Below are positions 49,434-63,124 of a stretch of 64,000 nucleotides of DNA, in pieces (position 1 is the stretch's first letter; every line of letters starts with the position of its first letter). The DNA comes from Octopus sinensis. Lineage: Eukaryota. Where the stretch lies: NCBI RefSeq assembly GCF_006345805.1, contig NC_043015.1, positions 32,736,001 to 32,800,000 on the forward strand, written 5' to 3'. Below the pieces are notes generated by a model. That model searched no databases and was not told the DNA's origin. It saw only the letters and a program-made list of their open reading frames with translations. The translations under genes were made by a program, and so were the position numbers.

Positions 49434-49965
49434 GGCGGCGAGCTGGCAGAAACGTTAGCACTCCGGGCGAAATGCTGAGCGGTATTTCGTCTGCCGTTAC
49501 GTTCTGAGTTCAAATTCCGCCGAGGTCGACTTTGCCTTTCATCCTTTCGGGGTCGATTAAATAAGTACCAGTTACGCACTGGGGTCGATACAATCGACTT
49601 AATCCGTTTGTATGTCCTTGTTTGTCCTCTCTGTGTTTAGCCCCTTGTGGGTAGTAAAGAAATAGGTATTTTGTCTGCGTTACGTTCTGAGTTCAAACTC
49701 CGCCGTGGTCGACTTTGCCTTTTATCCTTTCGGGGTCGATTAAATAAAAAGAATAAGAACCGTTAGCACGCCGGGCAAAATACTTAGCACTATTTAGTCC
49801 GCCTTTACGTTCTGGGTTCAAATTCTGCCGGGGGTAACTTTCCACTCTATCCTTTTGAGGTCGATAAAATAAGTACCAGTTGAACTCTACGGTCGGTGTA
49901 ATCGACTCATTCCCTCGCCCGAATTTGCTGGCCTTCTGGCAAATTATGAAAACAATATTTGGTTA
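49434..49965 (+). mobile_element. SINE family B tandem multimer (one full and two partial units)
   Basis: Full unit 49434-49664; restart at GGTATTT 49665-49746; third unit from AACCGTTAGCACGCC at about 49758. Confidence 0.9.
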
Positions 49966-50122
49966 TTATAAAAGGCTATGTATTTTATTTATTAACTGAA
50001 ATTCTATAGGGATCATTACTACTCGGAGTTTCGAATATTTCTGGTTCATCAAGAAATGCAGAAAAGGAATGTCTGAATACTTAATATAATAAATGAATAT
50101 AACTTATATAAGCATTATAATT

Positions 50123-50381
50123 TATGGCACCTTAGGCGAGTGTCTTCTACTATAGCCTTTAGAAAGACCAAAGCCTTGTGAGTGAATTTGGTAGGTGGAA
50201 ACTGAAAGAAGCCTGTCCTATACAGATACATGTGTGTGTGTCTTTGTGTCTTTGTGTCTGTGTTTCTCCCATCCACCCACCATCGACTGACAACCGATGT
50301 TGGTGTGTTTACGTCCCCGTAATTTAGCGGTTCAGCCAAAGAGATCGATAAAATAAGTAGTAGGCTTACAAAAAATAAGAC
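50123..50381 (+). mobile_element. SINE family A, truncated at both ends
   Basis: GGCACCTTAGGCGAGTGTCTTCTACTATAGCC...GACAACCGATGTTGGTGTGTTTACGTCCCCG. Confidence 0.85.
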
Positions 50382-50390
50382 CAGCGGTCT

Positions 50391-50436
<46 letters not shown>

Positions 50437-51252
50437 CATACATACGTTCATACATACATACATACATACATACATACATACATACATACATACATACATA
50501 CATACATACATACCTGTATATATATTCATATATACATATAAGTATGTGTACACACGCACACACAGACACATACGAACATACACATAACATAAACTAGCTA
50601 GGGAGAGGAAGTACTCGTTAAAAAACTGATAATACTAATAATAAATAAAGAGACTGTCGATTGCCATTCCCTCAGTGAGTAATCCGCTTCTTCATATCCC
50701 ATGTGTAGCACTCAATACAGGCGTTGATCTTACCCTATGGTAATCTTGACAGACATATTGGAAACCATTCATAGAAACACTCAGAAAAGCACAGTGACAC
50801 ACTCATACACATACGCATACCACATACACACATACATACGTACATACGTACGTACGTACATACTTACATACATACATACAAGCATATATATATATATATA
50901 TACACGTATACATATACATATATGTGTACGTATATGTATAGTATGTATAACATATATACATACACACACAAATGCAAATGTGCGTGTGTATGTATGTATT
51001 TATAGAAACGTGATAGGTACAGTTATATTATCATTAGCACACACACACACACATCACACACACACACACACACACACACCCCACACACATATATATATAT
51101 ATAAACATTTGTAGAGTCATATAACTATAATGTATAACATATATATATGTATTTAAGTATGAATGTATGCATATATATTACATATGTATACATGTGTATG
51201 TGTATGTATGTGCGTGTTTGTCTGTAATATATATACGTATATATATGATATA

Positions 51253-51294
<42 letters not shown>

Positions 51295-51773
51295 TAAACA
51301 TATATATATAAGTATGTATAGTACGTAGTTTACATATAGATAAATATCCTACACACTTATTCAAATATTGAGGTACACGAGTGTATAGCATTCGTATAAT
51401 ATTTCTATTGTCTGTGAGTGTGTAAAGATTTATCATTCCCCATTATTATTGGATTTTCCAAAGCGGATCTATGATAAATGCGATTTATTAATATATTTAA
51501 TATGTTTTCAGAAGCGAACAGCTAGCTTCATTTATCATTAGGCTAATTTCTATCTAGCCATTTCCCGATAACACCGTTAAGTGCCTCGTTTTAAATATAT
51601 GTCTTTACATACGTATATAACAGCACCAGCGTACGTGCATGTGTACATAATACATGCATAGTGTATGTGTATGTCAATGCGTATAATCCGATGTATGTAC
51701 ATGTAAATGTATTTATCTGTGTATATACATACATATTTACATACAGACGTAGCTACATGTATGCGTAAATGCT

Positions 51774-51817
<44 letters not shown>

Positions 51818-52083
51818 TAGATAGGTAGATAAATAGACGCTCTCGCGTATAAACGGTGATATATTGGTATGAATAATTTATATTTATGCATATATAAAAT
51901 TTATATTGATATTAATATACATTACATTTTGAGACTATATAATCCTACAGTCATATACGCACAAACACAAAGTCATGCACACACCGCGCACACACACACA
52001 TACATATATTTATATATTGCATTCATACATGCATATATATATACATATATATATATATATATTACATATATATATATATATGC

Positions 52084-52163
<80 letters not shown>

Positions 52164-52779
52164 CTATATATATATAATATATATATATACATATATATAT
52201 GTATATATTTATATAGATTGTAAGCGTGTGTACGTGTGGGTGTATTTCGATACTAGTGCGTATGTGATAAACGTTTATTGCTTGAGAATTTGCTTGTGAA
52301 CATATTTATAGATGATAATATTGTATGAGCGTGTAAGCATGAGAGTCATTAAGTGAATTAGCGGCTGAATATAAGGCATGTATCTTGTTGTTGTTGTTGT
52401 TGCTGGTGGTGGTGCTTTGTGTGTGTGTGCACGCGCGAGTGTGTTATTCATTGTTATGTCTTTGGTTATAAACTCATTTTATAATTCCCATCCAAACAGC
52501 AATTCTACCGCATGATATCAACTATATTAGTCTCGTCAAAATGGCTGTCCTACTCTCTGTTCACTTACAGCTCTCCAGATAAACGGGCCGTCAAACAAGA
52601 GCAGATATATATGTATGTATGTATATGTATATATGCAAACACAAAGTCAGTCACGCATCTGCGCAAACATACATACACGCACACAGTTGAAGTTTAACCC
52701 CTACAACAACTTTATCTATCGCACCACCCAGAAAGGCCTAAAAGGCTACGGGTAGTACCTAGCATTTTTGTGCAACTGA

Positions 52780-55460
52780 ATAATATTCTGACTGACACAA
52801 AATGGCTGTTTACACAATAAATGATCACCTTAAGCAATCAATGGACTGGTATTAAATTTTATCAATCCTCGAAGGGCGAAATACATTGTCAATCCAAGTG
52901 GTATTTGAACTCGTGTAACTGGATGCACTAAATTATTTTATCTGTTGCCCTACCGATTCTGCCATTTCACTAGAACCTTTTATAGAGTTTAATAATGCTT
53001 TTTAACTTAAATATAAGGCCACACATATTTAAGGAATAGAAATAGATGCAGAAGGGGTTGATTGGAGCACTCAATTTAATAGACCCAGTACATGACTGGT
53101 ATTTTAATCTCTCGACTTACAAATGATGAAAGGTAAACTTAGCCTCAGAGAGATTTTTACTAGAAAGGTCGAGATGTAGCGTAGCTTACATCTCTCTATC
53201 AAGTCTGTCATTCCACTACTTCTGTTTAACAACTAAACAATGAATGAGTCGTTTCTACCAGGTAGTTAATTTTGCCTACAAGAAATAGTAAACAAATCTC
53301 TCTCACAAATCATGCGTCTCAAGAAAGGGCGAAAGATGCAATACATAATATATTTTTAAATACATCCAAGAAGATGGGATGGTGACGATTAGTTTCACTA
53401 TGGCCATAGGTCTACTAGATAGGACGTTGACCTGGAGCTAAACAACAATAATTTAATAACGGTTTCTAGTATTGGCTCCATGCCATACTCTTGTAGGAGG
53501 TTATGGTCGATTAAATCCCCATTAGCATTGATGTTTGTTATTTTATTAAACAGAAGAGGCGGAAAGGAATATTAAACAAGATTTGAACATGGAACGCACA
53601 GGGTTTAATGAAATAAAAAAAGGCATTTATTTAAAACCTTCATCAATTCTGCACCCACGCTCCTCTATGAAAATTTCTACTTAATATTTAATATTTAATA
53701 GCGCGGTTCTTCAGCCGGCTAGAAATAGCAACCAAATCTCACTTAACTCGCACACAACAATCGTAAGAAGAGGATTGCAATATTGGTTATGTAGTCCTAA
53801 ATTCGTTACATTTGAAAATAAAAAACAAGTTGAATCACTGGATTAGAGCTGACAAGGAGATAAACTACATAACAGTAATTTAATAGCTATTTAATCATTG
53901 CCTGCATGGAAACCTCTACGCAGTCGTCTGATCCGCAAGAAATAGCAATCAAATTTTCCTAAAGCACACCTTAGCATATTATAAAACGGAGTGTATTGGG
54001 CAATTGTTTTCCTAGCCATAGAAGATGGGATAGCCATATTTGGATTGCTTTGATCATAAGTCTGCTGCACTAAACCTGACCCGTGGTTGTAAATAATATC
54101 AGCTATTTAATAATAATATAAAGGTAAAACATAGGTTATGCGTAGGTCATAAATGAATAGTGATGAAAATCAGTCTAGACAAAGCTAGTTAATGTTCTGC
54201 TTACTGTGGAATGCTATGAACTATGATAGAGGTGCATTATATCGATTACAACATTTTCAAATCGTCAATAGTCAATAAACAAAACTTACAACCTAATTAT
54301 TTCCTACATACACCTCACGTGACGTTGAATCTATTTTATTTTAGATGGAAAAGTAATAAAAATAAATGTAATATTAACGTTTTTGCTGTGCGGAAGAGGA
54401 AGATTATCAATGTTTCGAGCAAAAGCTCTGTTTCAAGAGAGCAAATAAAGAGAGAGAGAAAGAAAGAGAGAGAGAGAGAGAGAGGTGGGGGCATATTATA
54501 CGTCTGTGTTTTGTTATTTGTTTTCTTCTTCTTGACACTTTTCCAAATCAGCGTCATATATATCGACGGAATATTGATGTTGTGTTGTTCATGGCATTTT
54601 CCTGAAGTATTAGTAAAATGAATTATGTAAGTGGAATGAATTGAAGTGAAATAAGAACTTAAAAAATCGCAACCATGTCCTTCTCTTGGTTATTTGTAAT
54701 AATTATAGTCGTTATTGACCACCGCTTGTTCATGCTGCTGCAACTGCTATCATTGCTGTTGTTTAACGCCCAGTCGTTTTTCATTGGGAAGGCATTCCAT
54801 TTTGAGTTTATCTCCGGCGATTTTATCGAATGTGTTCTCTTTCTAAGGCGGTAGGGTGTGATTTGGCTACTACGGCTTGTATTTCTAGAAGGTGGTACAA
54901 TCACAAAAAGGATCCCTCGTTGAATCGGTGTCTTGTTCATAAACTGTGTTTGCGGAGATAAATGTAACACATGTGCTACAATATTTTAACAGATAATAAT
55001 TTTTTTTTTTAAGAAAGCGAATAGCCAAAGAACAATTAGTCAGATTCCTTCAAATATAGTTCACTGGTTCTATAATTTGACTGAATATGAAAGCGATATT
55101 GTCTCAACCACCGCATATTCCCGGACCTTTTACAGGAGTGTACTAAAGAGTCCGGAGAACCTGTAGTTGCTCGGTCTCGGGTCAGCCTTGATTGAGCAGG
55201 CTTATGATACAGAGACATTCAGTTCATTAGCTTCCGATCTTTTCTTTCCAGTAACAGTCTACCATGGACTACACAATCCAATGTGATTTTAAAGACAGCA
55301 AGGTGTATAGTTTAATGGCGATTTAATTGCTATAACCAGTTGATCTTGTTATCCCACAGAAGCTCGCTCATTGGTTTCTTGTCAGCACAGGTAGAAGCTG
55401 ACATATGTCTCAGTAATAGCCAGGGTTCAACTTAATCAGAGAACCACAAAGGCCTTCTTC
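52780..55460. mobile_element. Cluster of old degenerate family B and family G fragments in both orientations
   Basis: Recurrent TAGAAATAGC.ACCAAAT.TC and GACCTGG.GCTAAAC motifs (about 53240, 53430, 53720, 53940, 54870, 55170, 55320). Confidence 0.55.
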
Positions 55461-55879
55461 CAGGTGAACCAATAACCAGATATCTACTTTACATCTTTTC
55501 TCCAAAAATCCTTCGGTGTCATTAAGAAATCGATAATGCCCGTGTTCAGTCGAGCGCGCCACTAAGTTTAATCGTTTTCAGTTTCAAGTTAATGCAGTCT
55601 TTTTTTCACTTACACGACTAATGCCATCAGGAAATGCATAAGCACCACAACATCAATTACCAAATATATCGTTTGTGGAAGTGTTCAAATAATTGTTCTA
55701 CTCTATTCTATTTGTCACAATTGTTTGAAGAGGTCAATAACATGTGATTGATTGATTTACAATTAAATAATAAATTAAAGAGATGCTGTAATTAAGAACA
55801 GATAGAAATATACAATAAACACTGTTTCATATGATTGATTGTCCTTCTATCCTACTGAGGACCCATTGATAGAACACCG

Positions 55880-55921
55880 ATTCTATCTATCTGTCTATCC
55901 CTATATCTATCTATCTATCTG

Positions 55922-55983
<62 letters not shown>

Positions 55984-55987
55984 CATA

Positions 55988-56085
<98 letters not shown>

Positions 56086-56110
56086 ACTATCTGTTTATCT
56101 ATCTATCTAA
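55880..56110. repeat. (TCTA)n/(TCTG)n compound microsatellite
   Basis: Direct reading. Confidence 0.95.
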
Positions 56111-56149
56111 TATATGTGTATGTATATATATATATGTATATATATACAA

Positions 56150-56185
<36 letters not shown>

Positions 56186-56304
56186 ATTTATATGAACGTA
56201 TGTATACACATGCGCACGCACACCTTTCTCACTATATACCAAGCTACATCTATCAATCAACATCTCTCTCCTTCCCCCTCTCTCTCTCTCCCTCTCTCTG
56301 TTCA

Positions 56305-56339
<35 letters not shown>

Positions 56340-56904
56340 GCACACATACCTTTCTGACTACTTATTTATATGTGTGCGTGAGTATGTGTATATATGTATG
56401 CATGTGTGTGTGCATGTGTGTGTGCATGTGTGTGTGTTTAAATCAATATATCTATATCGAGCAATCGATCTTACTATTTTTTTTTCTTTCTCTTTTGGTA
56501 CATCTTAGATAATAATATTGCTGGCTGGTATTCTTCTGCTCTCCGGGAGTACATGGAAGGATTTGAACCTGGTGCACATCAGTTATTCAGCATCGAATTA
56601 TGAACAGTGTTTTCCAACTCTGCCTCGTTACAGCTAGGAAGACTGAGGCGTCCTGGGTTATCATAACGCATCACCGATGAATCTGACTCGATTTTTTGCA
56701 CCCCCGGAATATTTGCTTCGTCCGTTGGCAAATACCATTATTGTTATACATCTCGCAATAAAAACCGAGTGTTGATCAAAACATTGCACAACCAACTCAC
56801 AGATTAATGAGTTCAAATTCGCGGCTGGCAGTTTATGACAGTTTTGGAGCAAACCATTCTATTCTGAAAATAGTTAATAATGTAGATCAGCCTCGGTCTA
56901 CACA

Positions 56905-57200
56905 GCCAACCCCTCAGTTTACCACGCTGTCAAGAATATGTTCAAGGTCAATGTGGCTCAGTCTCAAATTGCTGTCTACCAACCAGTTCACTACGAAGTC
57001 AAATGAACGTGATTCAACCGAAGATCATAGAACACCAATCAGTTCACCCAGCTGTCATGAATAGCTATCATAGATTCAATCCCTGATCACACAATCCACC
57101 AATCAGTCCACCTAACTGTCAGGAATGTGTAACATATCAATCTAGCTCAGTCTCAGACCAGTGTCCACCAATAAGTCTACCTCACTGTCAGGACTACAAC
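56905..57200. repeat. Degenerate minisatellite, about 5 units of 56-69 bp
   Basis: Recurrent CACCAATCAGT(T/C)CACC...CTGTCA(G/T)GAAT with anchors at 56915, 56984, 57040, 57104 and 57173. Confidence 0.7.
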
Positions 57201-58134
57201 CAGAAAAAATTTGGTCAAGATTCACGCCTCAAGTCCCACACCTCATTAATCATTTCATCCATGTATTGGGAATTAGTAGCAGCTTCGAACCACAGTTCAT
57301 CTCAGTTTGATTTAACATTGGCTCAAGATTCTGGTTCTGATGATAGAACATCACGTGATGGTCGGTGAATGTGTAATAAACTTAACCATCCATGTTAAGC
57401 TCATCGTATACTAATTTATTCACTAGTAAGGTGAACAGATTCCTCAGCAACGAGAGATTTTTTTCACCAAATTAGCAACTGATATCATATATCTGATACA
57501 CAAACTTGATTTACTTACGTGGTTTCCAAATTCTTCAAGTTTATCATCACAGAACATACAATTACACAACCACTGCCAAAAATAAATGAATAAATAAATA
57601 AATACATAAACAAACAAACATATAAATAAATATAATAAATAAATAAATACACAAACAAACAAATATCTTTTGTGTTGGAAAGTTTATGCAGATTTTCAGA
57701 CTCTAGAAAATCGAAAGATACACTTCATCTCTGTTGGCTCTTACACTACATGTACAAACTCCTACTCCGCGGTCGGTACTCGTTGATTCCATGGATGAAA
57801 AAGACACTGGCCACGCCCTCTGGTGAAACTTCTTACTTGCAATGTTTTCCTTCTCAGTGTCTAATAAAAAACAAAAAAAACAAAACAACCATTCTGTTTC
57901 CCCTCTTACCTACTTTTATTTTAAATATTTTTAACTACATTTAAAAGAAAATCCAGAACGCAATTTCTTGTTCTTTTTTTTTTTCTTCCTTTTTTCTTTC
58001 TGTTTTACTTCGAATGAGATTCAAGAGAATCCATGAGACGAAAAATCTTCGGTGAAACAAAAAATAGGTCAGCGTTTATCTTCCATCCATCCACGTTGAC
58101 AATACCACTACCTGTTATATGCTGGTTCCATCTG

Positions 58135-58300
58135 ACCTCCTCCTCCTCTTACTCCTCCTCCTCCTCCTCCTCCCATTCATCCTCATCTCCCCCTCCCCCT
58201 CCTCCTCCTCCTCCTCCTCCTCCTACTACTACTACTATTTATTCTTCTTCTTCTTCTATTACTACTACTACTACTATTATTTCTTCTTCTTCTTCTTCTT

Positions 58301-58346
<46 letters not shown>

Positions 58347-58381
58347 CATTACTACTACTACTATTTCTTCTTCTTCTTCTT

Positions 58382-58427
<46 letters not shown>

Positions 58428-58430
58428 GAG
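58135..58430. repeat. Compound (CCT)n/(ACT)n/(TCT)n tract
   Basis: Direct reading. Confidence 0.95.
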
Positions 58431-58824
58431 TCTCACCAACACATATTCATGAAGGTTTATTATAAAACAAAATCACACTTAAAACAATATAGAATGCAAT
58501 ACATACATAGATATGTATACACACACTTACATGCATACATACATACACATAAATACGCACACATACACACACATACACACACATACACATACATACACAC
58601 ACATACATACGCGCACACACATACATACGTACATATATACAAGGATTCATGCATACATACGTAAGCATTTGTATGGTTATACGACGTATGTATTATGTGT
58701 GTATTACGTGTATGTATTATGTATTACCTATTAAGTGTGTGTGCGCGTATTTTGCATGTGTGTATGCACTATGCGTGTGGTTGCGTGTCAGTGTATATTT
58801 ATGTGTGTGTATATATATATAGGT

Positions 58825-59100
58825 AGAGTCTCTAAACGATGCACGGTATGGCCGAATATTAAAGAAGTTTGCTTCTCAATACGGAGGCGCCGTGTTCGAT
58901 CCTACAGTATGGCATTTTGGGTGGATGCCATTTCGTCTCGTCGCAGGTCCGCCCATACGTTGTGGACGAAATTATATGGAAACTACATTGAAACTTTCGG
59001 GTGGATTGTAAAGAACACTGCTTGTCAAACACGCTGTGTCTGGGGGATACTGGGAAATTCAGCTATTCACACGTTAATTCAGGAGGAGGTAATTCAGTAG
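58825..59100 (+). mobile_element. Possible decayed Tc1-like (DD34E) transposase fragment
   Basis: WPNIKEVCFSIRRRRVRSYSMAFWVDAISSR...YIETF...GNSAIHT loosely parallels Tc1/Tc3 ..FSKRQxGGGSVMVWGAxSS...YIxTL...DNAxIHT; alignment by eye only. Confidence 0.45.
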
Positions 59101-59271
59101 TCCGAACAAATGAAGCCACATCGTAAACGACGGAGATGCACTGTCAACAACACAACTATATAATATTTTCATAGAGCGAATTAATTTACACTTGATCACT
59201 GTCCGAAAACATTTTAAGCTCGCTCATAGATTCATTTGTTGAATCATATCCCCAAACAAGCTGAGTGCAGA

Positions 59272-59291
59272 TAGGTAGGTAGGTAGGTAGG

Positions 59292-59367
<76 letters not shown>

Positions 59368-59447
59368 CAGACAGATAGATAGACAGACAGACAGACAGAT
59401 AGACAGACAGACAGATAGATAGATAGATAAGTAGGTAGATAGGTAGG

Positions 59448-59530
<83 letters not shown>
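59272..59530. repeat. (TAGG)/(TAGA)/(CAGA) compound microsatellite
   Basis: Direct reading. Confidence 0.96.
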
Positions 59531-59532
<2 letters not shown>

Positions 59533-59559
59533 GCACAAACACACATAGACATGTATATG

Positions 59560-59592
<33 letters not shown>

Positions 59593-59594
<2 letters not shown>

Positions 59595-59741
59595 TGTTTC
59601 TCTCCTTGTTTTTTTCTGTGTATCTTTCTGTGGAAGAGCGTAGGCTCGAAACGTAAAAGACTTTTTCTATTCCTGAGCGCTATACTAATACATTTGTTTG
59701 TTTGTATACCACCTGCCTTCGTCTTTTGTTTATTTTCGTAA

Positions 59742-59746
<5 letters not shown>
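59593..59746 (+). mobile_element. Hammerhead-carrying short repeat, copy 2
   Basis: TCTTT-CTGTGGA-A-GAGC GTAG GCTC-GAA-ACGT-A-AAAGA at 59623-59660. Confidence 0.75.
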
Positions 59747-59782
<36 letters not shown>

Positions 59783-60065
59783 CTTACGCACGCACACACA
59801 TATAAACATACATACACAAATGAAGGGAATGCAAGAAAGATACCTTCCTGGATCGAGAAGCAAAAATTGGCGAAGAGTGCACGATGTATGGAGGAATCGA
59901 TGAGAAACGGAGCCCAGATAAGCAGACTACAATTTACTGAGCGAAAGATTTGTACCGACTAACCTAGATCTTGAGAAATCGATCACCAGCGTTCTTCTTA
60001 TGCTCTTGTATGCGTGCCGATGTGTGTGTGTCTGTACACACGTATGTATATATATATATATAGGG

Positions 60066-60138
60066 AAAGTTTACGAAAACGAAGACAGGTGGTGTACAAA
60101 ACAAACAGATGTATTAGTATAACGCTCAGGAATAGAAA
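60066..60138 (-). mobile_element. Inverted partial copy of the same repeat (3' part only)
   Basis: Reverse complement of about 59665-59746. Confidence 0.8.
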
Positions 60139-61185
60139 TACATTTATATATATATATATATATATATAATCTTTTGTGGAGAATGACGATTTGACGTCTA
60201 TATCTAGCATGTTGACTGTCCACTTTTCGTGTTCAGTCCTCAATTGGTATATATAAATATTTTAATCTTCGGATTCTTTTTAATATGCTAGACCACTGGT
60301 TTTAATTGATAAATATTGATTTCTACCCTTAATTAATTTTATATATATATGTATATATATATATATACATGTATGTATGGATGTTTGTGCGAGAAAAAGG
60401 GCAACTGAAAGAGTGAATTTACACGTTTATTAAGCTTCATTAGCGGTTTTAACATCAAATTTGTATGTGTGAGTGTGCTTTTGTGTGTATAAGCTTAAGT
60501 GAGTGTGAGTGTGTGTGTATATGTGTATATGCGTGAATGTATGTTAATGCATCAATGTGGGCACGAGTGTGTGTGTATTTCAACATTCCAATTAATGCTG
60601 CTGTCACCAGACTGATTTCTGGTGAGAAATTCGTGAGAATTGAGCCAATCGTTCCTTTTTGGTTTCACCTCATCCCCTCGCCACCCCCTCTTGCTCGCGC
60701 ACGCGTGTTTCTGTTTCTGTGTGTGTGTGTGTCTGTATAGATTCGTCTAATGACTTTAAAGAATCAATTAAAATAAATCGATGCATACACACACATACAA
60801 GTACGTATTTATATACATATATGTGTGTATGTATATATACAAATATATATATATATATGAATACATGTATGTATATATGAATGTATGTATGTGTATATAT
60901 ATGTGTGTGTGCGTGTGCGTGTGTGTGTGTGTGTGTGCGTGTATGTGTGTGCTTATGTATGCGTGTGTGTGTGTGTTTGTGTGTACGTGTGTGTGTGTGT
61001 GTATGTGTGCATGAATAGCTGTTTATGTATGTCCTATCACCTGGTTCCTTCATAGTCGCTTAGTATTCTTAGTAGTTTTTAACTCTTCGTTCGCTCTTCC
61101 ACTTTTTCTATTTGCTAGGAATTTCTTTTTCATTGATTGTATACGATTGAAATACTGCCACCTTTCAACCGGCCAATTTGCTTCG

Positions 61186-61238
<53 letters not shown>

Positions 61239-61489
61239 TAACAAAAAGTTTTGAAGCTTCCTTTAACTTTTCTGTGTGATGACTCAATATAAATCAGGAG
61301 GGAAAAAACAACAAAAAAGACAAAGCATTCACTGAGGATGTATTTAGTATGGCAGAGAGGTATAGTGAAAATGAATCCAAAACCTCGCATTTTCAGTAAG
61401 AATGTGGCACTCAAACGGGCAATCTGTAACAAAATTATACACACGCGCGATGCCACGAACGCACGCACACACATATATACACACACATA

Positions 61490-61523
<34 letters not shown>

Positions 61524-61527
<4 letters not shown>

Positions 61528-61794
61528 GGTAAAGACCCCCTTCAGTCATGAATGACCGTGGGATTCTACCTAGAAAGTTCCTCTCCAAGGCACAAGTCCG
61601 GGCAAGATTGTTTATGGAAGACCAACAGTTGCCCACATACCAGCCTCCCGTCTGCGCACCATCGTTGTTATCCAAGGGAAAAGTAAAGACCGATACAGCT
61701 TGGCACCTGTGACGTCGCAATTCATTTCTTCAGCTGAGTCAACCGGAGTTACATGAAATAAAGTGTCTTGCTCAAGAACGCAACACACAACCAG
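61524..61794 (-). mobile_element. SINE family D, head missing
   Basis: Minus strand GTTCTTGAGCAAGACACTTTATTTCA..TAACTCCGGTTGACTCAGCTG... ends GGGGGTCTTTACCCTTT; the 5' block is shared with family E. Confidence 0.8.
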
Positions 61795-61824
61795 ACCTAT
61801 ATACACATATACACATATATATGC

Positions 61825-61872
<48 letters not shown>

Positions 61873-62160
61873 TATATATATTAATAATAAATGGGTAAAA
61901 ATTTATCAGTTAAATTAATTAATTAATCAACCAATCAATCAATTAATAATTTCACCAAGTAGATCGGCGCATTAAAATAACATTTATAGGTAAAATTATG
62001 CAAATATTTTATAATTATAAGCATAATTATAATTAGGGTTCAGCTAATTGCCTCACCACATACCGAAATTAGAAAAAGGAGTTAAAAATTCCTTGTCTAC
62101 TACTATGAGAATCTCCATGACGGCAACATACCTTTTTACGAATGCAATATGTATATATAT

Positions 62161-62200
<40 letters not shown>

Positions 62201-62261
62201 ACATACATATATAAACATACATATATATACATATATATATACATATATATATATATACATA

Positions 62262-62317
<56 letters not shown>

Positions 62318-62322
62318 ATACA

Positions 62323-62356
<34 letters not shown>

Positions 62357-62699
62357 CATACATACACATACGCAGGTTCCCGGGGTGTTAGCAGTGCCAC
62401 ATTCCAGTGCTATATTGATCTACAGAATATATGTACAGCGTTAACCATCACTGTGTGTGTTGTCTTTTATATACAACATCTTTATGGACAAAGAAAGAAA
62501 TATCAGCTGAACTGGTTTTAAACCTATGCTGGGATCTCACCCAGACTGAGTTCACATTGTATCTGCGCGCGCAGGTTATCATTGATATTTATCAGAATGC
62601 CTACATTGTTTTACCACAGCCGCAGCAATACCCACTGGGGTGGCAACATTGTCCATCACAGCCACCCTTATTATATTCATTCATGTCATATGGCGACGA

Positions 62700-62765
62700 A
62701 CAGGCAGAATCGTTACAGCACCGGGCATTCCATCCGTCTTTACGTTCTGAGTTCAAATTGCAACT
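62700..62765 (+). mobile_element. SINE family B head fragment
   Basis: GGCAGAATCGTTACAGCACCGGGCATT..CCGTCTTTACGTTCTGAGTTCAAATT. Confidence 0.7.
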
Positions 62766-63089
62766 TTTATGATATCAAGCATTTCAAATCACGTCTACCG
62801 CGCAACAGGTAAAACGGCCTGTGTAGTTTCGCTACCAAAACATACAACACTAACACCTGATCAGCTTTAGAAGGATTAAGGTTTCAAACCTAAGCAACAG
62901 CAGCACTACCCTACCACTACGCCTCAACCCCACCACCACTACTATCTCCGCCACCACCACCCCCGCATCTACACTAACCCGCTTCAACCCCTGCCGCCTT
63001 CCCTACCTCCACCGCCATCACACAACCTCTCAACCACCACCATGACCAGTACTACTACTACTAATCCTACTCCTACTACTACTACTACA

Positions 63090-63124
<35 letters not shown>

